Shown here: piece after piece, positions 19,326 through 29,779 of the stretch | Position numbering within the stretch: the first letter of the stretch is position 1 | How the letters are laid out: every line of letters begins with the position of its first letter | Notes under the pieces: model-generated | What the model was told of the DNA's origin: nothing | Database searches by the model: none | Seen by the model: only the letters and a program-made list of their open reading frames with translations | Assembly (NCBI GenBank): GCA_022799115.1 | Contig: JAAWNT010000010.1 | Coordinates: 20,412-84,411, forward strand | From: Clostridiales bacterium | GTDB taxonomy: Bacteria; Bacillota; Clostridia; Oscillospirales; Acutalibacteraceae | Direction: 5' to 3' | Length of the DNA stretch: 64,000 nt | Program-made: the position numbers and the translations under genes

Positions 19326-20082
19326 ATTGCTGAAATCCGATTTTTATAAGTTATCCAAAACCAAATCCTTTTTTATCTGCCTTTGCATCCTTCTGTGCCT
19401 GGCGGTGGGATATATCTTTCTGTCCCACTATTCTTATCAATTTGTCTCCTCCGAACCCCACCCTGGCGCTTCCGAACTGGTGGCGGAAACTTTTTCTGCA
19501 AACAGCCTGATCTTTTCTTCCATCGTGGTTTCTCTATTTGTAGCCTGTGAGTTTGGATTCGGCACCATGAAAAACATCGCCTCCAAAGGGTTCGGCCGGA
19601 CTGAAATTTATCTGTCTAAGCTGATTGTCTCCTGCGTGGTTTCCACCGTTTTTCTTTTGGCATATTCTCTGGCGTCTGTCGCGACTGGTTCCATCCTTTG
19701 GGGCTTTGGTTCCGTGGGGGCTGGTTATTGGCAGGAGATTTGCCAGATCATCGGACTGGAAGCGCTGCTCAATTTGGCGTTCACCTCGGTATTCGTTTTT
19801 TTCGCCGCCCTGGTCCGCCAATCCGGGGGCGCCATCGCGATCAATATCTGCCTGTTAAGCTTCGCCTCCACGATGGTTCAGATGGGACAGATGCTGCTCC
19901 ATTATCTGTTCAAAGTGGAATGGGACATTTCCCAATATCTCATCAGCAGCAACATCGTTGTGATTTCTCAGGGCAATTTAAACCAGGAAACCATCCTGCG
20001 CGGGCTGCTTGTAGGAGTCGCTTATTTCGTAGTGACCACCCTGGCGGGAGTCTGGCTGTTCCATAAAAGAGACATCAAGTAA
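19318..20082 (+). CDS. ABC-2 family permease (MutE/EpiE-like, 6 TM)
   Basis: Start overlaps the ATPase stop (ATGCTTAA). 254 aa, strongly hydrophobic with about 6 predicted TM segments. Confidence 0.8.
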   Translation: MLKLLKSDFYKLSKTKSFFICLCILLCLAVGYIFLSHYSYQFVSSEPHPGASELVAETFSANSLIFSSIVVSLFVACEFGFGTMKNIASKGFGRTEIYLSKLIVSCVVSTVFLLAYSLASVATGSILWGFGSVGAGYWQEICQIIGLEALLNLAFTSVFVFFAALVRQSGGAIAINICLLSFASTMVQMGQMLLHYLFKVEWDISQYLISSNIVVISQGNLNQETILRGLLVGVAYFVVTTLAGVWLFHKRDIK

Positions 20083-20108
20083 ATTCTGGCCCATCATCTT
20101 AATATCAA

Positions 20109-20157
20109 CGGGGATACTGCTGGACGCGCCGCGGTATCCCCCTTTTTTATTTTGTTT
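20109..20157 (+). terminator. rho-independent terminator after ABC operon 1
   Basis: GGGGATACtgctggacgcgccgcgGTATCCCC followed by CTTTTTTATTTTGTTTT. Confidence 0.7.
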
Positions 20158-20175
20158 TGTAGGCGCTTAGCTTTT

Positions 20176-23100
20176 CTATAAAAGAATTTCACGATCCAGC
20201 GCAAAAGAATAGAGTAAGCGCTGTTTTACCGGAAGGTCGGTGCATCGGGTGAGCGCCTGCGTGTAAAGATCCAATTGCTGGGAATAACGGGAGAGGAGTT
20301 CCTCCGGTTGTTTGACCCGGTCGGTCTTGTAATCCACCAGCACCCAGGCTCCGTCCTCTTCAAAGGCGCAGTCCAGCGCGCCTTGCAGCAAAACGGGTTC
20401 TTTCCATTGCTCCAAGGGCAAATCCGGCTGGAGCTGCCCCGCCTCAATGGTGATGGTAAACCGGTATTCTCTCAAAAGCCGGGGCGAATCCAGCATCCGG
20501 CGCACCAGGGGGCCGGTAAAGAATCGCGACGCCTTCTCCAAATCCACCGCATGGGCCTGTTCCATGGTGAGATAGCCCTCTTTCACCAGACGCCCAAGCT
20601 CTTTGCGCGGATCCATCGCCGCTCTGTGGTAATCGGCAAATTGAATAAAGGCGTGCAGCGCCGTTCCTTTCTCCGCCGCGGTCATCCCCTGGCTCTCCAT
20701 AAACGCCGGCCGCGAGGAAAAAGCGTAGTCCTTTTGTTCCCTCCTGCCCGCCAACTCGGAAGCCGCCGCTTTTACGGGGACGTTGGTCAGCTGCTCATAG
20801 GGATAGCGGTATTCCAGCCTGCGGCGCAATTCCTCATAGAACGCTTCATCATGCTCCGCCGCAGTCTTAAGCGGCGGTTCGGGCAGTTCCGGAGGCATTG
20901 GCTGCGGATACGCCAGTTGAATATCCCAGTCGCAGCCTTCCGCGAGCATAATCCCGGGTAGCGCTCCCGCCAGTTCCCGCAGCTGCGCGCCGCATGGATG
21001 TCTTAACGCGCAGGAGAGCAGCCAGTCGGAAAAGCAGGAAGCGCTGCGCACCACATAGGGAGAAATCGCAGGCCCTTCGGCTAATTGGGCCGCCAGCTTT
21101 CCCAAGGTTCGGACAGGATTCTTTAAAGATGTGACCATAATCAGGTTTTCCTTGGCGCGGGTCATCGCCACATATAGCACCCTAAGTTCCTCGCTCATAC
21201 CCCCGCGTTCGATCTCCAGGGCCACAGCCTCCCGGGGCATGGTGGAGTAACGCCGGGTGAAACGGTCGTCCCACAGCTTCATCCCCACGCCTAAGGCGGG
21301 ATGAAGCAAGATTTCTCCATGATCCTTATTGAATGGGCGGGCACAGTTGGCCAGGATACATACAGGAAATTCCAACCCTTTGGAGCGGTGTATACTCATC
21401 ACCCGCACCACATTGGCGGATTCGGAGAGCACCGAGGCGGGAGACAGATCGGACTTTTGCTGCTCCAGCCGGTCGATAAACCGGATAAACCCGGAAAGCC
21501 CTTTGTAGCCCGACCGCTCGTAGGTTCGGGCGTAGTCCAGCAGTTGACGAAGATTCGCCAAGCGCAGCTCCCCCTCCGGCATCGCCTGCACCACCGCCAG
21601 ATATCCGGTATGCTCGTACAGATGATTGATTAGCCGGTCGGCGGATAAGGTTGCGGCCAGCAGCCGGTAGTCTTGGATCTGACGAAGAAAGGCTCGTCCG
21701 GCCTGGTCCCCTTCCTCCGCCTTCTGTTTCAGAGCAAAGTAGAGCGGGCCATCCGGTCTGCCTTGGCGGATCGCGCTGAGGTCATCCGGGGTAAAGCCAA
21801 ACATCGGACTCATCAGCACCGACAAAAGCGGGATATCCTGAACCGGATTGTCGATAACCCGCAGTAGGGAAAGCATCACGGCGATCTCCGGGGTACCGAA
21901 AAAGGAACCCGCCGTATCCGACCATGCGGGAATTCCATGCTGCTGCAACTCCTTGGCGTATACGCAGGCGTGGGTATTGGCATTGCGGATCAGAATGCAA
22001 AAATCCCGGTAGGTCACCGGACGTTCCTTCCCCTCTTCGGTGACGGGAAACCCTTCTCCGATCATACGGGCGATGATTCCCGCGATGTGACGGGCCTCCG
22101 CCACATCCATATCCTCCTCGCATTGAGAAAGATCCAACAAGTGAAGGGACGTATCCGGAATGTCCCGGGGAGGATAGACCGCCCCCGCTGCGAGCTCTTC
22201 CTCTTTGGTATATTCCATTTCTCCCATCTGACGGCTCATCAGTTGGTGAAATACAAAGTTCACCGCGTCGGTTACTCCGGAGCGGCTGCGGAAATTCTTA
22301 TCTAGAATCACCCGGGCGGGATAGTGATTTTGCTGCGCGTCGTAGGTCGGATACGCCTCCTTGCGACGCAGGAAAATCTCGGGCATCGCCTGCCGAAACC
22401 GGTAGATGCTCTGTTTTACGTCGCCTACCATAAACAGGTTGTGCTCCTCCCGGGAAATCGCTCGAAAAATCATATCCTGGGCTTCGTTGGTATCCTGATA
22501 TTCGTCCACCATTACCTCATCAAATCGCTGGGAAATTTGCGCAGCCGTCTCTGTACAAACAAATCCCGCCTGAGTCGGGCGAACCAGCAGACGCAGCGCC
22601 CAGTGCTCCAGATCACCGAAATCAGCGATTCTGCGACTGGCCTTACAGGTATCCAACACCTCTCCAAAGCGCTGCACCGCCGCCAGAAGCTGTTCCACCA
22701 GAGGAGCCATGGCGCGGATATCCGTCAGGCATTGGGCGTCATTGGAGAAAAATAACTTGGAAAGCTTTTCTACTGTCTTTTTTACCGCATCCCGGTTCCC
22801 GGTGATTTTCTCCTTCAGAGGATCATCCTTATAGCCCCGGACTGCTTTTAGTTTTTCAAATACAAATCCGTGAGTTCGGGCGGAAAGCGTATCCCAAGCT
22901 CCTTGCAAAGCCGCCTGTTTCATCTCCAACAGACCGGTCAGGTCGGCGGAAAAGGCGGAACGATACGCCGCGGAAAGCGTGGCGTCCTGTTCCATCAGGT
23001 GCAGCGCGTTATCGGTCAAAGAGACGCAGTAGTCCACCGCGCTTACCGCATACTGCATAACCGTTTGTCCCCAGGCTGTAGAGGCTGCGTCCCCTTCGGG

Positions 23101-23703
23101 GCGGTACATGGCCGCTTTTTCCTGTAGCCACCGCTCTGGAAAGGGATGGGAACGGACAAAATCATACAGGGTATTGACAATGGAAAACAGACGGCTGTCA
23201 TCCCGTCCGTTGCTGAAACAATCGGACAAACGGGTAAACGCATCGTCTCCCTGTTCATAGAGCTGTTCCATCACCTGCTGCATGGCCTCTTCCCGCAACA
23301 GATCCATCTCGTTGGAATCCGAGATCCGGAAATCCGGGGAGATTCCCAATTCGTAAAAATGTTCCCGGATCAGTTCGCTGCAAAAGCTGTGTATCGTGCT
23401 GATGTGAGCCTGTGGCAAAAGGATTTGCTGCCGTTGCAGGCGGGCGTTTCCCGGGTCCTCCTCCAACATGCGCTCAATGGCCGCCTCGATGCGCTGCCTC
23501 ATCTCCGCTGCCGCTGCGTTAGTAAAGGTGACCACCAAAAGCCTGTCCGCATCGCAGGGACGCACGGGATCGGTCAGCCGCTCAATCACCCGCTGTACCA
23601 GCACAGCTGTTTTGCCAGATCCGGCCGCCGCCGACACCAATAGGGCGCCCTCCCGCGCGGAGATCGCATCCTGTTGCGCTTTGGTCCAAACCCGCGCCAT
23701 CAG
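20176..23703 (-). CDS. addA: ATP-dependent helicase/nuclease subunit A (AddA)
   Basis: UvrD-like helicase motifs (AAAGSGKTAVL) and C-terminal RecB-type nuclease. Start set to MARVWTKAQQDAI; the TGATG overlap with the addB stop indicates translational coupling. The ORF-track start at 23817 is an extension into addB. Confidence 0.9.
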   Translation of the reverse strand: MMARVWTKAQQDAISAREGALLVSAAAGSGKTAVLVQRVIERLTDPVRPCDADRLLVVTFTNAAAAEMRQRIEAAIERMLEEDPGNARLQRQQILLPQAHISTIHSFCSELIREHFYELGISPDFRISDSNEMDLLREEAMQQVMEQLYEQGDDAFTRLSDCFSNGRDDSRLFSIVNTLYDFVRSHPFPERWLQEKAAMYRPEGDAASTAWGQTVMQYAVSAVDYCVSLTDNALHLMEQDATLSAAYRSAFSADLTGLLEMKQAALQGAWDTLSARTHGFVFEKLKAVRGYKDDPLKEKITGNRDAVKKTVEKLSKLFFSNDAQCLTDIRAMAPLVEQLLAAVQRFGEVLDTCKASRRIADFGDLEHWALRLLVRPTQAGFVCTETAAQISQRFDEVMVDEYQDTNEAQDMIFRAISREEHNLFMVGDVKQSIYRFRQAMPEIFLRRKEAYPTYDAQQNHYPARVILDKNFRSRSGVTDAVNFVFHQLMSRQMGEMEYTKEEELAAGAVYPPRDIPDTSLHLLDLSQCEEDMDVAEARHIAGIIARMIGEGFPVTEEGKERPVTYRDFCILIRNANTHACVYAKELQQHGIPAWSDTAGSFFGTPEIAVMLSLLRVIDNPVQDIPLLSVLMSPMFGFTPDDLSAIRQGRPDGPLYFALKQKAEEGDQAGRAFLRQIQDYRLLAATLSADRLINHLYEHTGYLAVVQAMPEGELRLANLRQLLDYARTYERSGYKGLSGFIRFIDRLEQQKSDLSPASVLSESANVVRVMSIHRSKGLEFPVCILANCARPFNKDHGEILLHPALGVGMKLWDDRFTRRYSTMPREAVALEIERGGMSEELRVLYVAMTRAKENLIMVTSLKNPVRTLGKLAAQLAEGPAISPYVVRSASCFSDWLLSCALRHPCGAQLRELAGALPGIMLAEGCDWDIQLAYPQPMPPELPEPPLKTAAEHDEAFYEELRRRLEYRYPYEQLTNVPVKAAASELAGRREQKDYAFSSRPAFMESQGMTAAEKGTALHAFIQFADYHRAAMDPRKELGRLVKEGYLTMEQAHAVDLEKASRFFTGPLVRRMLDSPRLLREYRFTITIEAGQLQPDLPLEQWKEPVLLQGALDCAFEEDGAWVLVDYKTDRVKQPEELLSRYSQQLDLYTQALTRCTDLPVKQRLLYSFALDREILL

Positions 23704-26700
23704 TCTTTCCTCCCTTCGTCCTGTTCCAGTTGTTTCATCACCTGATCCCGACTTTGCTTTTCCACAAGCCTGGCCGGGCCCTGCTCCTCCCGGCCGCATA
23801 CCGGACGATAGGGGCACCAGGCGCAGGCTTCATACTCCCCGGATACCGGTACCGCAGGGATTTCCCCCGCTCTGAGCTGAATAGCCATATCGATCACCAG
23901 CGATTCCATGTGTTTGACGATCCGTCCCATTTGCGATAAGCTGGCCACCGCCTCGGTTTTCGCCGGTTTTCCGTCCTTGAGCGCCACCGGGATAAATACG
24001 CCTTGAGCTTTGTGCTCCATGCCGGAAATCACCTCCGGGTCATCCAGCACCAATCCGTTCATGCGCAGCTTTTTGCCCAGTTCCTTCCGATCGGTTTCCT
24101 CGCTGTTCTTTCGATCCGTATTAATGGTGGGTCGATTGGCCGGCATATAAAGAACCCCCGCCGGAACCACGTCGCCATAACGCTCTCCGCCGTTTTTCCA
24201 AATAGCCGCAAGATACAGCAGCATCTGCATATTGAGTCCATACAGCACATCGGACAACTTAAATTCCTTAACCCCTGTTTTATAGTCGATCACGCGCACG
24301 TAACTTTTTCCATGACGGCGCATCACATCCACCCGGTCCACCTTGCCGTCCACTTCCACAGTGCCGCCGCCCGGCAGACGGATCACCAAGGGGGAGATAT
24401 CGCCCCCCTGCTGAATGGACAGCTCGTAGTCCTCCGGCTGAAAATCGCTTTGTCCCAGCTCCTTAACCATATGGGAAAGCAGCAGCTCCGCCGTATCCGT
24501 CAACCTGCTGAATAAGTAACGAAAACGGGGCGTTTTGTCCTGCCATCCTCCCAAATAGGTTTGAACGTACTGTTCTAAATACCCTTCGATTTCCTGTTTA
24601 GCCTGCGGCCGCCCAAGCGCCTCCCACTGTTCGGGCGTATGGCTTTTGAGGGCCTGCTCCAGCAGAAAATGCATTAAGCTGCCGTATTCCAGCGCGTCGA
24701 AGGTTGCGGGCCGCCGTTCCTTCGCCCGCAGACCATACCGGCAGAAATATTGAAACCGGCACAAATAAAATTTTTCCACCTGGGAAGCCGATACTTTCAT
24801 TTGTTCGCCAAACAGCCGTTTCGCATTCGTGGGGTGTTCAAACTTCACAGGACGTGACAACGCGGCCCGGCGTATGGCTTTCAAACGGGAAGCGTATTCC
24901 GGCTGCGCCGTAAAATACCGTTTGAGCGTCTCGGAAAACCGTGAGTCTGCGGACCAAAAACGCGCGGTCTGCTCAAAGGCCGGCCGCTTGGCCCAAACGG
25001 TATTCCGAAGGTCCAGGGACACGGAGTCCGTCCGGGGCATTTCGGGCAAAATGCGCAGCATCTCCCGCACTAAGGACGAAGGCGATTTTGCGCTGCCGGA
25101 TCCGCCGGCGGTATAATAGGAGAGGTATAAGCGCTCCGAAGGACTGGCCATGGACAAATAGGCGAGATAACGCTCCTCCACTGCCAATTGTTCCAGCGAA
25201 TCGTAGAGGGGCAGCCCCATCCCGATGAGCAGCCGGCGTTCCGTATCATTGAAAATCCCCGAGGAAACCGGCGCGCGTGGAAATTCCCCATCCACCGCTC
25301 CTATAAGAAACACCACTTTAGGATCGGCGGAGCGGGTATGGTCCGCCGATCCCACCGTCACCTGATCCAATCCCTGAGGAATAAAAGCGATGTCCCCGCT
25401 GTTTATCACCAATTTCAGCAGCTCTGCGTAACGCTGGGGCGCAATCGTATGATCCGCCAGAACCAATGCGGTTTGATCCAAAATTTCCATCAAAAGATCC
25501 CACAAGCGAAGCTGTTCCTCCGCCAGTCCGAAGGCCCCTTCCTCTTCCAGCGCGTCGGCCAAACGCTTTAAATGCTTGGGGCTCTCGATTTCCTCCAAAA
25601 GACGGTAGCAGGAGGAAGCAATTTGCTCTCCGGTGGCGTCGCGGACCCGCGCACTAAAACGTACAAGCGGTTCTACCGCGCGCAGCCGTAGCTGTTCCAA
25701 ACGGCAAAGCCGTTGGCGATCCTCTTCGGAGAACGCCGGGGAAAAGCCGTCGGGGTGAGCGGTAAACGGCTCTCTCCATTTCCTTCCTGAAATGGACCAA
25801 AGCAGCACATAATTTTCCAGCAGAGAGATCTCTTCCATATCAAGCCCTGCCAGTCCTGTTTTCAAATACCGGAACAGCTCGTCTGAATTCCATCCTTTGG
25901 TCACGATATCAAAGGCCGACAACAGCAAATTCATCAAGGGCTTGGTATCCAACATCTCGGCTTCGTCCATAAAATAGGGGATCTCATATTTTTGCAGCGC
26001 GTGGTCTAGAATTCCCTGATATCGGTCGGTGGAACGGGCGATCACTTCAATTTCCCGATAGCGGTACCCCTCGTTCATCACCAGCTTCCGGATGGTGCGC
26101 GCCACATAATCCGCCTCATCATAAGGGGATGAAGCGCAATAAATCGAAACGTCGTCCACCGCAGCACAAGAACTACGCTTTTCCCTCCGATAAACCTGTT
26201 GCTCCAAAACGCGCAGTCCCGCTCCTCGAAACCGAATTCCGGGATTCATCCGGATGGGAACCGCAATGGGAATACTGTGCTTGTTTGCCATTCTTTTGAG
26301 TTGACTCTCGGTCCGTTGGACCGGGGCGAAGAGTTCCTCTCCCTTTGTCTGCGACGGATCCAGACAAAGGGAAACATAACAGTCCTCGGCCTGCGTCAAT
26401 ATGCACTCCAGCACCTTGCTCTCCTGTCCGGTAAACCCGTGAAAAGCGTCCACCAACACGGTATATCCTCCAAAGCAAGGATGTTCCCGCAATGTGTCCG
26501 CCAAACGGGTGAGGTCATCCATCGGATCAACATAACTGCGCGTTACCAGCGCTTCATAGGTTTGCAGAATCAGCGCCGCCTCCCGCATCTTTTTTTGCAG
26601 ATTTCCCTGTTCCAAGGAATCCGCTGTTTTTAAAAGCCCATCCGGCGGCACAGAGCACATTTTGAACTCCTTTTCCGCCTCCAGCATCAGATGCACCATC

Positions 26701-27044
26701 TCAATCGTACCGGATTCTCTGCGGTAAAGGGTAAGCATATCCTTCACTTCCTCCAAGGCCAAGCTCATCAGAATGGCGCGTCCTCCATCGTCCAGCCTTC
26801 TTCCAGCCAGTCCCCCGGTTTGGCGGAAAACAAAATCGCTGAGTCTAGTAAAGCTAACTACCTGTACTGTTGGAAAAAGCGACTCTCCCAACAGCTGTAA
26901 TAACGCCCGTTCGGATTCAAAGGTATACTGTTCCGGCACTACCAGCAGGATCTTTTGATTTCCTGACTCGGCCAGCTCCTTTATTTTGTTACGGATCCAA
27001 TGGGTTTTTCCGCTGCCGGAACGTCCCAGTATCAGTCGCAGCAT
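23700..27044 (-). CDS. addB: ATP-dependent helicase/deoxyribonuclease subunit B (AddB)
   Basis: N-terminal GRSGSGKT P-loop, 1114 aa, C-terminal Fe-S nuclease cysteines (CAWCPYRPVCGRE). Confidence 0.9.
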   Translation of the reverse strand: MLRLILGRSGSGKTHWIRNKIKELAESGNQKILLVVPEQYTFESERALLQLLGESLFPTVQVVSFTRLSDFVFRQTGGLAGRRLDDGGRAILMSLALEEVKDMLTLYRRESGTIEMVHLMLEAEKEFKMCSVPPDGLLKTADSLEQGNLQKKMREAALILQTYEALVTRSYVDPMDDLTRLADTLREHPCFGGYTVLVDAFHGFTGQESKVLECILTQAEDCYVSLCLDPSQTKGEELFAPVQRTESQLKRMANKHSIPIAVPIRMNPGIRFRGAGLRVLEQQVYRREKRSSCAAVDDVSIYCASSPYDEADYVARTIRKLVMNEGYRYREIEVIARSTDRYQGILDHALQKYEIPYFMDEAEMLDTKPLMNLLLSAFDIVTKGWNSDELFRYLKTGLAGLDMEEISLLENYVLLWSISGRKWREPFTAHPDGFSPAFSEEDRQRLCRLEQLRLRAVEPLVRFSARVRDATGEQIASSCYRLLEEIESPKHLKRLADALEEEGAFGLAEEQLRLWDLLMEILDQTALVLADHTIAPQRYAELLKLVINSGDIAFIPQGLDQVTVGSADHTRSADPKVVFLIGAVDGEFPRAPVSSGIFNDTERRLLIGMGLPLYDSLEQLAVEERYLAYLSMASPSERLYLSYYTAGGSGSAKSPSSLVREMLRILPEMPRTDSVSLDLRNTVWAKRPAFEQTARFWSADSRFSETLKRYFTAQPEYASRLKAIRRAALSRPVKFEHPTNAKRLFGEQMKVSASQVEKFYLCRFQYFCRYGLRAKERRPATFDALEYGSLMHFLLEQALKSHTPEQWEALGRPQAKQEIEGYLEQYVQTYLGGWQDKTPRFRYLFSRLTDTAELLLSHMVKELGQSDFQPEDYELSIQQGGDISPLVIRLPGGGTVEVDGKVDRVDVMRRHGKSYVRVIDYKTGVKEFKLSDVLYGLNMQMLLYLAAIWKNGGERYGDVVPAGVLYMPANRPTINTDRKNSEETDRKELGKKLRMNGLVLDDPEVISGMEHKAQGVFIPVALKDGKPAKTEAVASLSQMGRIVKHMESLVIDMAIQLRAGEIPAVPVSGEYEACAWCPYRPVCGREEQGPARLVEKQSRDQVMKQLEQDEGRKD

Positions 27045-27326
27045 CTTCTCCTGCCCTTTCTTTTGATCTTCCCGTTTTCCAGCGCTGAAAAACGGCGCTT
27101 TGATTCAAATCCACAATCATTGTGTCAGTCTCAGCCGAAAATAATATATAATTATACCACAGGACACAGCTAAGGAAAAGAAACAATACGAACATTGGTT
27201 TCGTTTCGATCCCTCATTGGCTTCTGCCCAGCTATATTGACAAATAGAAAAATATAACTTATCATTGATAATACATATTGACACATCCGGCGCTTCTCCC
27301 GCATCTTTAGTAAAGAAGGTACGGCC

Positions 27327-27962
27327 ATGCAATACCTCACCAAGCACGCCCTTTATCAAAAGGTGGAACAAATCCGCCCACAACTTCCCTGTATTCCTAA
27401 AATACTGCGGGATTATTTGACGCAGCTGCACCAGCTCTATCCCCAATTGAATATTATTCAACAGCCTTTGGACAGCAAAAAGGTTTCTGGAATGCTGCTG
27501 CGCGGTGAAAATTCCCTCATTCTATTAAATAGCTCTCGAAACGAAACCTCTCAGAGATTTACGCTTACCCATGAAATGATCCATTATTTATTACACCAAG
27601 AGATCGCTCAATTTTTCTGTGAGGACAACGGAACCGCCTCTTATGAGTGGCAGGCCAACGAAGGAGCCGCCGAACTGCTGGTTCCCTATCGATCATTCCT
27701 CCCGATAGCGGCCCGTCTGTACCCCTCCCTGTATATAGACAGGGAACGCGCGCTGCAAACCCTTGCAAAACAATTCGGGGTCAGCGCTACCGTTATCAGC
27801 TTCCGGCTGGATAGCCTATCCTTTGAGCTGGAACAATATCGCGGCGGCGTTGCATTGGATGAGATTCGGCTGATCTCCCGCAAACGGCTTTTCTTATCAC
27901 AAAAAACCACACGTTTTCCGACGCATTCCCATCCGCCTACGCTGGATATTTTTTCGGAATAA
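27327..27962 (+). CDS. ImmA/IrrE-family zinc metallopeptidase (DUF955), solitary
   Basis: HEMIHYLLH (HExxH) followed by QANEGAAELLVPY, typical of ImmA/IrrE. No adjacent XRE/HTH partner gene. The promoter region contains the palindrome TTATCAtTGATAA. Confidence 0.7.
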   Translation: MQYLTKHALYQKVEQIRPQLPCIPKILRDYLTQLHQLYPQLNIIQQPLDSKKVSGMLLRGENSLILLNSSRNETSQRFTLTHEMIHYLLHQEIAQFFCEDNGTASYEWQANEGAAELLVPYRSFLPIAARLYPSLYIDRERALQTLAKQFGVSATVISFRLDSLSFELEQYRGGVALDEIRLISRKRLFLSQKTTRFPTHSHPPTLDIFSE

Positions 27963-28005
27963 GCGTTGTAAGCTTCTCTGCTGATAAAGCAAAAAAGCAC
28001 CGGAA

Positions 28006-29139
28006 TTATACCGGTGCTTTTTTTGTTCGATAGCGCTGAACAATGGCCGTCATCTGGGACCATTTGCGTTCCATATCCGCCACCAATTTGAGTTGGGTGC
28101 GGCATCGGTCCAAATTGTGATGCTCTCTATGGATCTTAAAATAAGTATCCCCCTGGATATAATCCGTCAGAAAGCGAATGCCGCATTCAAGCGTCATAAT
28201 TTTAGCTCCCATTGGCAGCATATCCAATTCCTTTTCCGTCAGGCTATCCCCGCATGCATCCAGGAACCCTTTGGTATAGGATTCAAAAAGCTTCAGATCC
28301 AGCCAAACCTTGGATAAATCCGGTTCATCTTCCGCCGCCGTGCTGGCGCCAAACCGGATGGAATCCCCATAGTCATTGAGGGCGAGTCCCGGCATCACCG
28401 TATCCAAATCCACAACGCACAGGCTCTTTCCTGTGACGTTATCAATCATGACGTTATTGAGCTTGGTGTCGTTATGCGTAACCCGTAAGGGAAGTTCCCC
28501 CCGCTCTAGCATATTCATGAGCACACAGGCGTCCTTACGTCTTTTATATATAAATTCCAGCTCTTCCCGTACATCCTTTACTCTTCCCACCACATCTTCT
28601 TTGGCGGCCTTTTTGAGCGCCTCCAAACGGGCCGGCGTGTTGTGAAAATTAGGAATGGTTTCATGAAGAGTCTCCGCCGGATAATCCGCCAGCATGTTTT
28701 GAAAGCGTCCAAACGCCACCGCACTCTGGTAAAACTGCTCCGGTTTTTCCACACGGTCAAAGCTCACAGCGTCCTCTATAAACTGAAATCCTCTCCAGTA
28801 ACATCCGATGCTGTCCTGATAATAGCTTTTTCCATCTTTGGTGGGAATCACACTGAGGGTTTCCCGTCTTGGATCCCCTCCTTGCTCAATAATCTTTCTC
28901 TTGAGGTGTTCCGTGATGCTCCAAATATTTTCCATCAGTTCATCCGGTTTCTCAAACACCTTGTGATTCATACGCTGCAAGATACATTTATTGGTATGTC
29001 CATCCGCCCGTTTAAAGGTTGCTAAAAAGGTATCGTTGATATGTCCGCTCCCAAATAATTTCTTCTCAACCAGTTCCCCATCAAATTGAATATTAGCGAT
29101 TGCCTCGTCTACCTTGGAACAGCTAGCGGCTCGATCCAT
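28006..29139 (-). CDS. phosphotransferase-family kinase, N-acetylhexosamine 1-kinase (NahK/LnpB)-like
   Basis: APH fold with the catalytic loop HNDTKLNNVMID (the NahK-type H-N-D-x-K-x-x-N) and a DLD metal-binding motif; 377 aa. Confidence 0.65.
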   Translation of the reverse strand: MDRAASCSKVDEAIANIQFDGELVEKKLFGSGHINDTFLATFKRADGHTNKCILQRMNHKVFEKPDELMENIWSITEHLKRKIIEQGGDPRRETLSVIPTKDGKSYYQDSIGCYWRGFQFIEDAVSFDRVEKPEQFYQSAVAFGRFQNMLADYPAETLHETIPNFHNTPARLEALKKAAKEDVVGRVKDVREELEFIYKRRKDACVLMNMLERGELPLRVTHNDTKLNNVMIDNVTGKSLCVVDLDTVMPGLALNDYGDSIRFGASTAAEDEPDLSKVWLDLKLFESYTKGFLDACGDSLTEKELDMLPMGAKIMTLECGIRFLTDYIQGDTYFKIHREHHNLDRCRTQLKLVADMERKWSQMTAIVQRYRTKKAPV

Positions 29140-29231
29140 CCAAATCCACTCCTTGTACTTAACCGGTCTTCAGTCTACTCTTTCAATCTATCATCTATGT
29201 AACAGTTTATATAAAGCGGAAACCCCTTTGT

Positions 29232-29260
29232 AATTATATCTCTTTTTTTGGTCCTGTCAA
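29232..29260 (-). promoter_or_regulatory. promoter of NahK-like kinase gene
   Basis: Minus strand TTGACA, 16-17 nt spacer, TATAAT/ATAATT; SD AAGGAGTG before the ATG at 29139. Confidence 0.4.
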
Positions 29261-29779
29261 TTCGCACGGATTTTTCCCGCGCTTTCCACAAAATATTCGA
29301 AAATCCCTCTAGTAGTGTGGTACGTTGTTTCTATTTTTTGTTTGGAAATTGTGAATTCTATTTATTCTATGCAATTGGGAAAATTTTGCCTCCAATTCAT
29401 CTGTAAATTCGCAAATCAAATGGATGCAGATCAGCGGTTCATTCCCATAGGAGAGCGCTCAAAATCTGTTGCTTTTCTGGCTCGTTTCAGACTAGCTTGT
29501 GGAGATCAAGACAAAAAACCAGTTTATCAAAAACGCGTTGCATGAAAAAGCCACTTGGTGCAATCCCAGGATAGCGCACCGTATCGCTGATCCCGCTGTG
29601 AAAGCGCAATCAACTAAGTTGCGCCTAGTTCCATTTTCTTCTCTTTCCCTCTTCGCATGGATTACTGCATAAGCGGATCGCCAGCGCTTTCCCCCTTATC
29701 CTGGTTACGTTCAGAGGCTTCCTTTGGCATACGGTTTCATCCGCATCAAGAACGCTTCCCTTACCCATAAAGAAAAATA

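Noticed and set aside
20275-20961. 228-aa plus-strand ORF and several 100-170-aa ORFs across 20176-27044
   Set aside because: All are antisense to addA/addB, whose helicase/nuclease motifs are intact. No independent evidence supports them.
27117-27461. 114-aa minus-strand ORF between addB and the ImmA gene
   Set aside because: It overlaps the promoter and first 45 codons of the ImmA-family gene in antisense. AT-rich composition, no RBS, no similarity.
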